In this document: one piece after another, positions 26,120 through 39,872 of the stretch
Numbering within the stretch: position 1 is the stretch's first letter
Layout of the letters: each line of letters starts with the position of its first letter
Source: Guillardia theta CCMP2712
Lineage: Eukaryota > Protista > Cryptophyta
DNA length: 63,922 nt
Direction: 5' to 3'
NCBI RefSeq assembly: GCF_000315625.1
Contig: NW_005434648.1
Location: 124,079 to 188,000, forward strand
Made by a program: the position numbers and the translations under genes
The notes under the pieces: model-generated
Database searches by the model: none
Seen by the model: only the letters and a program-made list of their open reading frames with translations
Told to the model about the DNA's origin: nothing

Positions 26120-26678
26120 GGTTAGCCGCCGTAGATGCCGCGCAGCCGTTGAGAGCGTTTAAAAGTAGGGGTGGGGTGAGTACCGGTTCTCCCCGTCTCG
26201 AGGGTAGTGTAGTGTGTGCCAAAATCCTTGGGATTACCCACAAATTCCATATCAAAAGTACCGGTAACTTTGCATTTCATGCCAAATGATGGGGTGGGGT
26301 GATCAGGAAGGGGGTGTAGAACACAGAAGGTTGTCTTCCCGCGGATCGAGAAGCATTTCAAAATTTCAGGTTTCCTTGAAAACACTCTCTAAAACTTGAA
26401 ATATATAATGAATTTCATTATTCCTCATCAAATTTTACCAACCGATTCCTCACTCTGGACCCCTGTATTATCCCTTCACCACCCCCAACTCTGCAAGGTG
26501 GGTAGTGGTGCTTTGACCCTGAGTTCGGTTCCGTTGTGTATGAGGGAGATGAAGGCTGACACCACTCACTCAGTAGTCCCTGTCCACTCGGACTTACGGC
26601 CCCGGGCTGCCCGGTCAGGCCCGGTCCCGTTGCTGAGCGGGGATGAGGGGTTCATAGGACGGCAAGGTTTGCGGGGGA

Positions 26679-29600
26679 ATGCCGACGCGGGTGTTCGTGC
26701 ATGTCCTGCAGGCTCGTTCGCTGCCGGTGATGGACCGAGCGACTGGCCTGTGCGACGCCTACGTGAAGCCGCAGCTGAAGGGCGTGACCTTCGAGCCTGT
26801 GCAGACTCAGACCGCGAGGAAGACTCTGAGCCCCGTCTGGAACGAGCAGCTCAAGTGTGATGTGACCGACGACTGCCTTCTGCAGGATGAGCCTCTCCAG
26901 CTTAGGATCTTCGACTACGACGTTCTCTCTGCCGATGACGTGATTGGAACGGTATACGTCCACTGCAGCAGCCTGTACGAGGGAGACAAGGTCAGCATCA
27001 ATGCCAACAGGTCGGAGGATCATCAAAAGCGGCAGATCTATGGATGGTTCCCCATCTACGACACGCTGAGAGGGATCTGCGGAGAGTTGCAGGTCAAGGT
27101 CTATATTCAGCACATCATGGACTTCAACCCTGTTGAGGACTCCTCTGTGGGAATTTCCGTCTTGTCTGCATCCGTACCCCCAGAAAGTTTTTACGTGGCT
27201 GGAATCCATGGGCTCGTGGACGAGCTTCTTGTGGAGGATGATCCGGAATACAACTGGCAGGACAACTTCAGATCGTCGAGATCTTCCAATGATGCGAGGC
27301 AGGTCAGTGTCGACTATCTTTGGTCGCTGTGATTAGCCCTGATGTTTCTTCCTCCTGCCAGTTGTTGATGCTTGTGATGGACGGGCGACTTCGCCGCCAG
27401 ATTGGGCGCAAGGTGACAGACTGCGGAGGGAATGCATTGTTGGGCTATCAGGCACATTTTGACCTCGAAGACAACTTCATCATCGCACGCGGCATCGGCA
27501 CTGCCGTGACGTTAGAGCGGAGGGACACGGGACAAATGAACCACAGCTTTTCTACCGGACACGCTGGAACCACAAACACTCTGGCGTCCTTGAACAACTC
27601 GCTGCCCTCCAGCACCGTCGCTCCTCCGAGCAGCGCTGCGGCTGTCGGCAATGGCTCCGATCCTGTGAGCGCATCACCGCTGGTTGTTGACGTGGAGAAT
27701 CATCCAGCGATAGGCACCTTGCAACAGCTCTCGTTGGAAGATGTTCCCAAGTTTCAAGAGAACGCTTCCCCTTCTGTCCGATTCATCCCAGCAGACAATG
27801 TCTTGCCATCGTTGAAAGAGCTAGAGCCTCTTCCGCAAGCACAACTGAGGACGTTGCATCGGAGCAAACGCGAGCACTTCAGGGCCAACCTAAGGCTACA
27901 AGACATTGAGCTGTTCAGTTTGCAAGTGATCGCTGAGCCGTCACCTTGTTGTTGACCACTGAATTTCTTGCAGGAGTTCCCTTCAGGAACTGTCTGCTTC
28001 ATCGGTGGGATGGTAGCTGCTAGATCTGTCAAGGTAGATACAGATTCTTGTTGATCCTGCAGTCGATCGCATTTTTTGTATCTTGACTAGTGGAACGCTG
28101 AAAGGTGGTTGGACAAGCTGGGAATCAAGAAAAGGTTGTTGTTACGCGCGATGCATGGTGGAATGAGCTTAGAGAAGAGATCAAGGCGCATGCCAGGTGG
28201 AAGGAGGAGAAAGAAAGGATTGAAGAAAACAACTCACATGATCTCCCAGGTCACTGGATTGTTGCCATGTCATCGGCTATACAGAAACAACCACCATCAC
28301 TGAGGAAGGCGTCTGTGTTCTATCTGCGGCAGGTACAGCAGCGATCCTAGACACAGGCATCTCCGGATCGCGAAAACCAAATTTCAACGTGGTAGATGAA
28401 CAATACGAGCTGACGAGAATGATGCGATCTGATCATTGGCCATAAAGGGGACTCTTAGCCCAAGAGAAGAGACTCCGAATATCCCTGACATGAGGTTGCA
28501 AGTTGCTACTCAGTGCTTGGGGTGATTGACATGTCGCAGTGGCCATCGGGCGTCTTCGTGCTCTCTTTGCCACATCCCGTATTCTCACAGAAGCCCTCCA
28601 TTCTCGATGAGGCTTGTACTCTGCAATATCTGTGGGAGGTATTAATGCTGCATGTGCACCTCCTGTACTGATTTGACGTGAAGGAAATATGTTCCTGATG
28701 TCATGCTGTGTACGGTAGAACTGCCCGAAGAACTCGAAGTTCAGGTGGGTCTTGCCCGTCTGACTTGAATCGATTATTTCGTTTCTCCTTTTAACTCCTT
28801 TCATTGTCACTTTCTTCTTCATTGTAATTGCTCTGGGCTCATGCATTGTCTCAGGGACGTGGCGAAATGCTGGAGGTGCATGTTTGTCGGTCGATATCGG
28901 GGGAGAGGAGGGTAGGATTAGTCAGTTTTCTTGAGCTCAGCTGAATTCTGTCACAGGGGGTGGAAATTAATGCCTCCAGAGTTAGCGAGCTCATGCCCTT
29001 CCTGGAGTATGATGTACATAAGCAGGTGTTCTCTCTTCTTCCTTTCCCACCTGAGCACTATCCGATAAAAATTCAAAATCTCTTCTGAAGCAATGTTTGT
29101 TTCTCAGATCATGTCGAAACTCAAGATTAGAGCTCACAACGCGGTGTTTGCTCTTCGTCTACAGGTAGGCGTGCATTGGTAATGCGTCGAACTTACATTC
29201 TATCAGCTCTGCATCAGTGAAGGCTTGATTGCTTGCATGGCGACGGGAACCTCCGTACGTGTTTCCCGCGATATTTCATCCGTCTTTTGACAGTTTTTGC
29301 AGGTGCTGCTTGGAGCTTTGCCCATCCCTCAACCTCTCATGATCTCCAGAGCAGACAGAGATGGATCCCTCGGACCGGGAAATGCAGCGCACAGAAGGGT
29401 GAGGAGAAAGAAACCATACATCCTGTAACCTCTTACTTACATTATCAGCTCACCTTGATATCTCGTCTTGTGGAGCTTTCGGATTCGAATCGAGCTCAAG
29501 TGACTTGGCTTGCCCGATATCAGTTGGTTCATTGACGCTCATGTCAGGCTTACAAATTGCGCGAGTCTTTGAGATCAGATACGGCTGACATTTCGGGTCT

Positions 29601-31335
29601 CCTCTCCATCTTGCTCTTGATTGTCCTCCTCACCCCTCATCGCTCAACTCCTCTCTTCTATTCCCATGCCTGCCATCTCTTTTCCTTTCCTCACTTGTGG
29701 TGGTGTATCCTCCAGACTCAGATAGCTCGGACTCTTCCTCTTCCTCCTCAGATGATAGTCAAGACAACGCTGTACCCACGCTTCCTCTCCTGCAATGTTG
29801 TGTGACATCTATTAGGCCAAACCCGCATACGTGTTAGAGATCGACGACGACCAAGTGAGGCTGAGTCATTGAGATGTGATGTGGTGTGAGGAAGCTGTGT
29901 AGGGAGAAAATGACATCGTTGGACTTCTCGACGAGTCTTCCGGTTTCTGCCTTGGTAGGCTCTCCCTTTCACCTTCTCCTCCACCCTCGACCCTGACTGG
30001 TTTAACCTCCAGGCGTTTGTACCACTGGAAGGTTGCCAACGCCAATGCAAGTGAGGATCATCCCGCCGACCCTTCTCTTGCCCCCCCTCTGCTTGCTGAT
30101 GCTGTGCCGTCACATCTCGGTGCTAACGGCAAGGTCACAGAATCCCCTCGCCCAGCTCAAGAACATTCAGCTCCTCTCCTACTTCCGTCGCGTCTCTCTC
30201 TCTGTTGACTCCAAAGCGCTCGGCCCTATCCTCTCCGGTGAACCAACAGGCGCGAGGAGGAAGAAGAAGACATGCTGACATCGTCCTGCAGCCATCATTC
30301 AGGAGATGCTCTTCGCGCTCTCTTTTCGCCTGAGGGCTTGTCTCGACCCGTGCCTCTTGTGCGGCCTCAAGACTTACCTCTCCTTCCCCGACGACAACAT
30401 GCTCCAGCTTGGCATGGTGGCCATGGCCGTAGCACAGGACAGCAGTTCTCGGGCGGACGTGACCTCGACATCTCCAGGGCCTCGCTCCGATGCTCCTGCT
30501 GGTGAGTTTTCTCCGTCACTTCCCCCCCTCAGCTTGCAAACTTACTTGCCAGCAGCGGAGGCGGACGAGGCTTCTCCCTCCTGGCATGACAGTGAGAATA
30601 CTCCGAAGATAGAGCTCACCCCTCTGTCTTACATTCCCGGGGCTCGCGTCCTCGTTCATATCGACAGGGTATCCAATACCTCCGCACCTGCGCTCCTCTT
30701 TTCCCTCCTCCCCTCCACCTCCTGGCTTCATGCTTCATCTCCTCCTGCTCTTCCCTTTCCCGACGTTGCCCTTTATTTGCGTCTCCTCCTTCTGCTGCTC
30801 CACTTCGGCCCTTCGCCAATCCCCGCTCTTCTCATCAACCACCAGGTGATGGTCTGCATGATCCGGGAGGTCCTCAAGGCGAGCGAGGAGGGGAACATGT
30901 CAGTGTGGACTCACAAGCTGCTCATGGAAGGACAGTCAATGTGCGTCCGAGCATTCGCCGCCTCCTCCTCATGACCTGGCAGGTGCACCGCGCAGGCGTC
31001 GGCGATGGGAGGGAATGCTGTGCTGCAGTACAACGTGCAGCAGATGACCATCAACAACATGTCACACAAGATGAGGGTGAGCGATGGGATCATACTCTCC
31101 TCTTCCTCCTCTTCCTCCTCTTCCTGCTTGCTCTTCCGTCCTCTGGCTCGTTGCTCTTCTCTCCTATAGCTCCTTGCATCTACTCTGCCTTCTACATTCG
31201 TCTCGCCAGCTCCTCATGGGTCTCAGGCTCAGCCCCTCCTGACCGTCCTCGCGCAGGTCTATAGCGTGCTGATGATCACTGGGGACGCGGTGAAGGTGGA
31301 GTACGACGGCAGCAACAGGGGGGGGCGCCATCTGA
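26679..31335 (+). CDS. C2CD5: C2 domain-containing protein 5 (KIAA0528/CDP138) homolog, many exons
   Basis: MPTRVFVHVLQARSLPVMDRATGLCDAYVK C2 domain, ELLVEDDPEYNWQDNFRSSRSSNDARQ, GGNALLGYQAHFDLE..IIARGIGTAV, TRDAWWNELREEIKAHA, C-terminal ITGDAVKVEY. Confidence 0.88.
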
Positions 31336-31339
31336 TCAA

Positions 31340-33798
31340 GTGAGGAAGTGAAACTGCTCGAGCTCGGCAGTGTTGGGATGTTCGAGGGCGAGGAGCCGAG
31401 CGGGGTGCACGCAGGTGCTGCAGGCAGGACGGAGAGGGACGTTGGGACGGGGACGACGGGGGTTGCGGAGGAGGGGGAGGGGCTGTGAGAAGTGACGGAA
31501 GAACGCTGGGAATAAAGCCATGGAGGAGGCATGACCTGTGAGGGGCGGAAGAGAGGTGGAAGAGGATAAACGAGGATGAATTGGCGGTATTGCGTCAGTT
31601 AGTCGCGCACGTTCCAAGTCTTTCATTCCCTCTCAGCCCTTACCCCCAGAAGGGACGCATCTCTCGACCTCCAACCCCCTTCGCCAGCTCCAGCTCCAGC
31701 TCCAGCTCCAGCTCCAGCTCCAGCTCCCTCTATCCCTGCGTATCTGCTGCCCTCCGACGAAAGCGGGATTCTCCTCCACTTTTCGAAGATCATCGACGTC
31801 CGCGGCGAGCTGAAAGCTCTCTGCACTCCTAGAAACTTCTCCTCCTCCTCCCACACCAGCTTGTCAAAAGCAGTCCACGCCTTCCCTAAGAGCCCCCGGT
31901 GGTACCGCTCGAGAAATGGAACATCCTCCCTCCCTGCCTCCTCCTCCTCGTCGTCGTCCTCCTTCCTCTCCTCCTCAAGGAGCGGAAGGTCGAAATCATG
32001 CTCGTCTATGTCCTGCATCGCTGCAAAGTCCTGCTGGAACCAAACACCCTTCCCCTCCTCAGCTGGACACCCCCTGGGACCCCAAGAGTTCTCGAGAGTG
32101 TTCATCGTTCCCAGCTGCTGGTCAGCAAGTTCCCGTTGAGAGATCTCTCCTTCTCGTTCGATCCTCTCCTCTTCTCCTCCATCTCTGCCCAGCTCTCCTG
32201 CACCGCTCGGGCTGTGCGCTGCTGACGGCAGGGAGGATGGGAAGCATTGCGGAGGATGGGGTGAATCGACGGTCTTTCCCCACTGCGTGCTGGGAGTCCT
32301 GTAAGAGAAGAAGGTCCTCCCTCCCCGGTCTTCGAGGACGACTCCCTTGCGGAAGAGATCTTGGCGGATGCGATCGGCTGTGCCGAAGTCTCGCTGCTTC
32401 CTCGCAGCCTGTCGACGGCGAATCTGCTCAAGGATCTCTCCTCTGGTCAGGTGACGCTCCTGCTCCCCTCCTCTCAACGATGACTGGTCATTCTGCCTCG
32501 GGGGAGCATGAGAGGGACTGGAGAGGGAAGGCGAGGAGTGAGGAGCAGCAAGGGGAGAGTGTGACGGAGGACGATGAACGGGTTGAGCTGGAGGAGATAA
32601 GGAAGGAGAAGGCTGGGTATGATGAGGAGGAGGCTGCGAGATAGAAGGAGGAGCAGGTGCAGGAGGAGGCTTGAAAGAAGGAGGAGGAGGAGGCTTAGAA
32701 GAATGAGCAGAGAGCTGCCGTGGCGGCTCGTTGTATGCTGGCAGTGCAGAGCAACGTGGACCTTCCGTGTTCGGGTTCTCGTTTTGAGCTTCTGCCCCTC
32801 CAGGTTCCATGTAAGACTCACTCCTCGTCTCCTGCAGGCCCACAGATCATCACAAGGGAGAGGGGGAGGGGAGGAAGGAGAGGCGAAAGGGAGGGTGAGG
32901 TGGAGAAAGGTGGGGGAGGGTGAGGCAGAGAGGAGGGAGAGAAGGACAAGGACGATTCAGAGCAGAAGAGAGGGGATGCTCACTCTTTCCACTTGTTGCC
33001 TCTGCCCATGGATGTTTCCTGACTTCCTCGCGTCGGAAGAGGACGGGGAGGAGCTGGAATCCTTTTGCTTCCTCTGTATCCCATCAATTACTTGCGGAGC
33101 ACTGCCAACAGGAGCAGAAGACGGTTCGAGCCGCCCGAGCGTTTCAAGGTAAGGGAGGTCAGGGAGGAGAATACAGTTCGCCTTGGGGGGAGCAGGGCGG
33201 GCCGGGGACTCCTGCGTCGTCCTGATAGACCTTGAGCCCTTGACGAACGCGCACCCCTCATCGAATAAGTCCTCTTGCCCCGCGTCCTCCTCCTGCCTCT
33301 CCTCCCTCCTCCGCTGCCGCTGGAGAGCTTTCTTCTCTGCCTTCCTTGCCTTCTGGGTCTCCTGTTTCCTCTGCTCTTTGAGGACCTTCTTCTGTGACTT
33401 AGTCAGCTTCTTCTTCCCTTCCTCCGCTGCCTCCGCTTCCGCCGGCGGAGAAGAATTTTGACTCTCCTCCTCCCTCGCACTCTGCTCCTTCTGTGAGTCC
33501 TTGGCAACGTCCCTTGCAGCTAGACAAGACTGTGAGGCAGCAAAGAGAAGAGCTCTAGGGATCTACCTTTGCTTCCCGTCCTCTTCGTCTCCTCCTCCTC
33601 CTGCAGCAGCTCTTCCATGGCTCTGTCCGCCCTCCTTCTGGCTTCGCTCTCGTTCTCTTCAGCTGCCCTCTTGCTCGCTTTCCTGTCCTCCTTCCTCGCC
33701 TCGTGGACCATCCTCAGCCTCTTCAACTCTCTCAGTCTCTTGAGGTCGTTCAGGACCCTCTCAAGAGGCTCTCCAACACCTGACAGACAAATAACACA

Positions 33799-33829
<31 letters not shown>

Positions 33830-34719
33830 GTCCTGCTGTCCTGCTCTACTCTTCTTCCTAATCATCATCATCATGATCATCATCATGATCTCCATCATGA
33901 TCTCCATCATCCTCCTCCTCATCATCATCATCATCTCCATCATCCTCATCCTCCTCATCATCATCAGCAGCAGCACCACCACCATTTCTATCATCACCAT
34001 CACCATCAAGATATGCCACTGCTCACCGGCTTTGGCATCCTCAAACCTCCTCCTGAGCTCCTCGTCTTCCATCAGCTCCTCTTCGATGTCTTGATCAGTA
34101 GCTTGATGTGATCCCTTCGGTCTCATCATCTTCTCATAGTTGTAGATCCTCTGCAAGGTTGTCTTCCAGTCTCTACTCCCCGAGCCCTGCAGAAATGGTT
34201 TAGGGCAAGGCCAGGGTGAGATTTCAACTTTACGTCTGAAGAGAGGTCGAAATCCCTGGAGTGCTTCGAGCACAGGTATGTGTATTCCTCCTGCCATGAG
34301 CAGATGAGTGTGAAAGTGGAGTACATGCTGTTCACTTCAACCAGCATCGCGGCGTTGAGCAAATCGTGGAGGTAGCCTGGGCCGTACTGGACCTCGTCGT
34401 CTCCCTCGCTCTCGCTAGTATCCAAGTCCTTGCAACAAGGCGAAACCCGAGAGTAGCAGAGGATGAGCTCTCTGAGCTCGGCGAAACGAGGATGCGTCGG
34501 CAGGGGCAAGGGACAGAGCTCAAGTACCTTCCTGCAGAACTTCCTCCGGGTGTGGATATCGTGACTGTCCTCTCCCTCGTTCTCCTCCCACGTCTCGCCG
34601 ACCTCCCCTGCGTCTCCTCTCCGCATGCCGCTGTCTCCTCCCTTGCCCTTGCCCTTGCCCTTGCCCTTCCTCGGCTCCTCCCCGAGCACGCGACGCGCCT
34701 CTGCCCGGGATCGTACCAT
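31340..34719 (-). CDS. Hypothetical multi-exon coiled-coil/Pro-rich protein containing a CysRS anticodon-binding-like module; ends uncertain
   Basis: ORFs 34126-34719, 33520-33726 and 31623-32843. Motif EQIRRRQAARKQRDFGTADRIRQDLFRKGVVLEDRGGRT at about 32315-32430. Confidence 0.55.
33861..34008. repeat. (CAT)n-derived microsatellite, intronic
   Basis: Degenerate CAT/CCT/CAC run. Confidence 0.9.
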
Positions 34720-35229
34720 GGCGGCCTATGATGACCACATCCCCGCTCTGCAGAAAAAAAGTTTTTTACAAGAATTTTTTTATTTTTACCCTCATCCCTC
34801 CCATTACCCGACATCACCCTACCCCCTTCCGGACTCCTACCCTACCCCACTCGTTTCTCGCACCCCGCCCCCCTGCCCCCCACCGGGTCATATGTGTTCC
34901 GGAATTGTACCCACCCCCTTTTGTATCTCTTGATTTCCTCCATTACCCCCAGATCTCCATCAATCTGTGGGAACATGAGGGTACTGAATGCGATGTACCC
35001 CCACCCTCTTACAGGCCAGGCGCCGAAGGGACAACATGTACATCAGGGGTGGGTGGTCAATAAGGCTCCCTCATGAGGGTAGTGGATGTTTTTTGAGAGG
35101 ACCAGCAGGAAAAGGGGGGTAGTGAATGGGAAATTGGGGGGTACAAGATAGGGAGGGAAAGTGAGATATAGAGGTGGGTAGGTCTTGGCCTTTCGAGTGG
35201 ACAATGCGCACACTACTCAACGTAAGTGG

Positions 35230-35375
35230 CGGAGGAGGAGGAGGAGGGGAGGAGCGAGGAGCGAGGAGCGAGGAGCGAGGAGCGAGGAGGAGGGGAGGAG
35301 CGAGGAGCGAAGAGGGGAGGAGGAGGGGAGGAGCGAGGAGCAAGGAGGAGGGGAGGAGCGAGGAGCGAGGAGGGA
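35230..35375. repeat. (GAGGAGC)n purine-rich simple repeat
   Basis: Degenerate 7-mer run. Confidence 0.85.
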
Positions 35376-36494
35376 AGTGAGAAATGAGAGGAACGAAACT
35401 CAAGAGCTATTTAGAGCGATCGGTGGCGAAGAATGATCCACAGAATGCTGCGATGCCAATGGCTGCCTGGGATTTAGAAATTGATGGGTAGATGAGGTGT
35501 AGGTGAAGTGAATGGAAAGCAGAGGTGGATGAAGGTTGTTATGTAGGAGAGTTCATAAATAGAGGACGACTCCCAGCAGAGAACTTGTTTTGACAGATAA
35601 GCGCTGTCACGCGTACAGAACAGAGCCAGAATGAAGGTTGGCTTGGCACTAGAGGAAACTTGGATCAGGGAAGATTGTAGCAGAAAAAATTGACTAAATG
35701 AGGAGTCGGGGAATGAAATCATAGGCAAGTAGTAAGCAGAATGTGAAGAGGAAGGAGGTAGGAAGTCAAGTGCAAGAGTGCCAGGGATGTACACAGGCTC
35801 GAAATTGGAGTGTGGAAGTGAACGAGAGCGTCGTTAAGAGTGCTTGGATATGCGGGGGTAGCATGCATGTGTGCCATTGACGGCTCGTGTTTCAGCTTAC
35901 CTTCCAATGGGCTGCGGCAACTACTCCGGCTTCGGTGACGGAGGCGCATGGGACAGCGAGGGTGTCGGTGACAACACCCCCCTCGAGGTTCTCCACCCCT
36001 GTAAGTCCCTGAAAGAGGCTGCTGTTCCTTGCCTCTCCTGACCGTGTGCTGGGCAGACGAGGCCATCGCCACCGCCCGGATTGGTTGCCACCTTCCAGTA
36101 AGGATTGAAGTGAAGGGATCAGCCAGGGGATGTGCGACTGATGGAAGGAACTTCTGACTTATAAGTCTACTCGCCTTGTCCTTGTAATACATCGCATGCT
36201 TCGGAACTTTCTGTCTCATGATTGACGTCGATGACAACTTGTGCTTGCTCTCCTTGTGGAGTTCTCTACATCCAACCAGCGGATGGCCCAGAATCTTTTG
36301 AGCCGGGAAGATCCTGGGAGGGCATGACGGGTTCCTCTATAACAAGTAGAAGCCGTCGATGTGGAGAAGATACATAACTTTAACAGTTCACGGAGAATTC
36401 AATCACATCTAAAGGCTGACATCATAACTCATTACTAGTACGCAGTTCGGAGTTGAAAGAAGCTACAACAAAGCTTCCAAGAATCTTTCCTGCC

Positions 36495-36830
36495 TCATAT
36501 TGGTGGCAGGAGCTGAAAGCTGCTGTAATCCTTCATGCCTGGTAAATCATCGCCCCTCCCATGACCCCCAGGTTGTTTCGCAGGAGAAGGGAGCGAAGGA
36601 AGAAGCTTCATTGATTTCATCCCTCCATTCCCCTGACTTCTAATATCGTCGCCCTCTTTCAGAGGATGTTTCTCCTGTCCAACTGCGTCATTGCGACCCT
36701 CCTTCTCTACCACAAAATTTCTCCTGATCATTATCATCCTCATCCTCATCATTTCCATCATCCTCATCATCTCCATCATCATCATCATCTCCATCATCAT
36801 CTTCATCATCATCTCCATCATCATCATCAT

Positions 36831-36897
<67 letters not shown>

Positions 36898-39400
36898 GAC
36901 ATCACCATCATCAATACAACAACTAAAAGCAAACATCACCATCCTTGTCGTCACATTTTTTATGACACCCGATCTCTCCTCTTTGCTGACCTTTCGATGC
37001 TTGATCCTCTTGTTCCTCGCCAGCATCATCGCTTCCAGATCAGGCGGCAAACTTCGGTGAGTCTCCAGTGGCATGACCTCTCTATCTGCAAGTGAGGGCC
37101 AAACATCACAATCGTCATGTCATGTCGAGAAGAAGCTCACGGATGGTGTTGATGATGGTTTCTGTCTTCGCATTCACAACCTGCGTGACGCATCGATCGC
37201 ACAGCTGCTGACGTGTCAGTGAAACTCCGCGGAGAGCAAGTTGGAGACTCTAGAAGGAGAATTCTCTGAGAACACACACACACACAACACGAGCAAAGGA
37301 CGGAATGATCCCCGTTTCTACCTTGAGCACGCTTCTCTCCAGCAGAGCGGGGTCACCCCTCATCGTTCTGAATTCCAGCCTTGTCGGGGGTTGAGGAAGT
37401 TTTGGTTTGTCCGCCTTCCTCTTCGACCCTCTCTGGACTTGCTCTACATAATCCTAGCAGAGACAAACAGGCTCTCAGTCAAACAATCCCCTCCCCACCA
37501 GCCTCGCCTGACACCTGCATGAACTCGATTCGGAGCATCTGATAGATTGTCTCCATGGCAGGGGACAGCTCCCCAGGATAGAAGCGGACCTGAAATCAAC
37601 AGTCAACCTCAGCCAGTCCTTCCCTGCTTCTTCTCTGCCGGATCAGTCTTCTGGTCTTCTTCCTCCACAAGCGCCGATCGCAAGCCTGATGAAGATGCAA
37701 TCGTGAGGAAGTTCTTCGTAGGGAGGGCGGGACAGAGGGAGGAGGTGACTACCAGCAAGGAGAGAAGAGAGAGCACGATCAAGAGCAGGAGGAACGAGCG
37801 ATGCTGAGACTCACCAAACAGCTTTTCTTGACCATCGGCAGAACAGCAAAGTTTGGCTATCATGTCCCCGTTCGACTTTCTCGCAGGCTTGCCTCGTGAC
37901 CCACCATCCTCATCCGCCATGTCCTCCAGGACTTCCCCGAGACGCTTCTCGGCCACCTTAGCTGAGCTTTCATACCTGCATTCTTGCAGACGGATGCCAT
38001 TCCGCTCAAGTTTCTGCACCTGCACCAATGTCTTCTCACTGAATCACAAACGGCAGCGACAACCCTCTCACCGCTGCTTGGAACGAGTAGGTTTGAAAGA
38101 AGTGCATGATCGCGTCCAGACTGACCTTGTACCTACACAGCAGATCACACAACATTCGTTCCTGTTGTGTCCAAGTTTTGCCTCTGGCCCGATTCGCAGG
38201 GGTTCAAACAGGATGGACAGACAACAATCCCGCTATCGCTCTGTGACCAGTCAAGGAAGAGATCTTGCGCAAACTATGAAGTTGTCTCGTCACCTTCTTG
38301 GACCTCATCGAATCCTTCTGTTGCCTTCCTTGCATGACAGAGTCTCGCCTGCTCTTCATTGTCATCCCCTCATCCCATCCTCAACAAGTCCTCTCTTGCT
38401 CACAGGATCTCGTTCACGTTAGTCTTCTCTGCACCACTCATGTTGAGAGGTACTGAGTTGTGGGATGCTTCCCCTCCAGCACAGAAGAGAAACAGGAGCT
38501 CTGTACCATCTGCTAGCCTGCACGGAACCTCAACACCTGATGCTCTACAATGTGGAGCAACAAGTTTCAACTCACATGAAGAACAGATCCAGCCTCCTTA
38601 TCTTCAGAGGCGTCTTGGCTTGACCGATGATGCACTTCACGATCCTCTCGACGCCCTCCAGCACTTTGGCTTGGAGGATCATTCCCACGTTGCTATGGAA
38701 GGAGATGATGCGCTCGAACGCCATCAGCTCAGGTTCTCCTTCCCTGGGGATCCGAGAGGGAAGTTTGTGCTGAACTGTCTTGCACCAGTGGGGGCACCAC
38801 ATGGCTTGGATGAGGAGGCTATCAGTGCCACTGTCGTACATCTGCATTAGATGATCCTTTTGCACGAGACCGCCGAAGAAGTTCTCGACGGACAGAGCAT
38901 CATGCAGAGTCAGCTCGCAACTCTCCCTGCGGATCCTAACTGTGTACGCTGTCACCCTGGAACCTTGTTGCACTGGCATCCGTCCCCCGTCCGACCTGCT
39001 CCTTCCTATCTCCATCGTTGGTTGCACAGCTCGCATGCTGCAGCTCCTCAGACGACCTATAACATCTGCCTGGAACGCCTTGATCTTGCCAGGGAGGAAT
39101 AGGATGACATTAGGAACATTCCAACCTCCCACTCCCTCTCTCTCCATGCTCTCGAAAGTTTTCTGTAGCCATCCCCCATCCATGATGAAGATTTTTCGTT
39201 GGTGTGATCTCTCAGTCCAATCCTTTGGTTCCTCTTTCGTGTATGCAGGTTGAAGTACCTGTCTCGACCCACTACGCAGGCTACTCCAAGCCAACACGGC
39301 TTTCAGTCGCCGGCTCCCTCATCCCTCCGCCAGTTCACATTCTAGTCGATCTCTCACTGTGATCTTCTCTCCCAGCATCGTCTCCTTCATGTTCTTGTCC
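36495..39400 (-). CDS. Hypothetical multi-exon protein(s), may extend to about 35700
   Basis: Complex-sequence ORFs 38572-39297, 37609-38028 and 36688-37074 with candidate splice sites. No family recognised. Confidence 0.4.
36727..36912. repeat. (CAT)n microsatellite
   Basis: Long CAT run with CTC/CTT interruptions. Confidence 0.95.
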
Positions 39401-39789
39401 TCGACTTCCTCGTCTTCCTTCCACTCCTCAGAATCTTGAAGTTTCGGCCATGGCGCCAGTTACGTTCAGGACATCTCCTAGGGGTGGGGTATATGACTCA
39501 CCCCACCCAGATACACGAATTTGAAGTCACAATAAGGGGTCATCTTGCTTCACTTTCCATGCAGTGGTGGTGTGGGGGTCATTTCAGTTTCTGTTCAGTG
39601 AAAAAGAAAAACGTCAAATTTGAAAACTATCTGATCAGTGACCTGGTTCCAGTAGCGGTTTTGCTGCCTCCTCCGTTTCCTGGTTTTTTTCTTGAGGCGG
39701 ATTTGTAGGTTTTCTCCTTTTCCTCCTTGTTTGCTCCGGATTGCATTTCCATTTTCAATCAATAAACCCAAAGGTTTTCAAGAAAACCA

Positions 39790-39872
39790 TGGCAGAGTAG
39801 GTAGTGGCTAAGTGACACAAACCTTCGCCAAAAAGGTGCCGAAGGTTTGTGTCACACAGCCTGGCAGAGTAG
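39790..39872. other. Hairpin (16-bp perfect arms) bracketed by an 11-bp direct repeat
   Basis: GTGACACAAACCTTCG (39812-39827) pairs with CGAAGGTTTGTGTCAC (39840-39855). TGGCAGAGTAG occurs at 39790-39800 and 39862-39872. Confidence 0.9.

Noticed and set aside
31623-32843. Cysteinyl-tRNA synthetase gene
   Set aside because: Only the small C-terminal module is present; no catalytic Rossmann motifs are seen.
36495-37095. Poly-Met/His/Ile/Asp ORFs (also at about 33.9, 47.8 and 62.4 kb)
   Set aside because: These are products of (CAT/GAT)n runs, most of them inside apparent introns.
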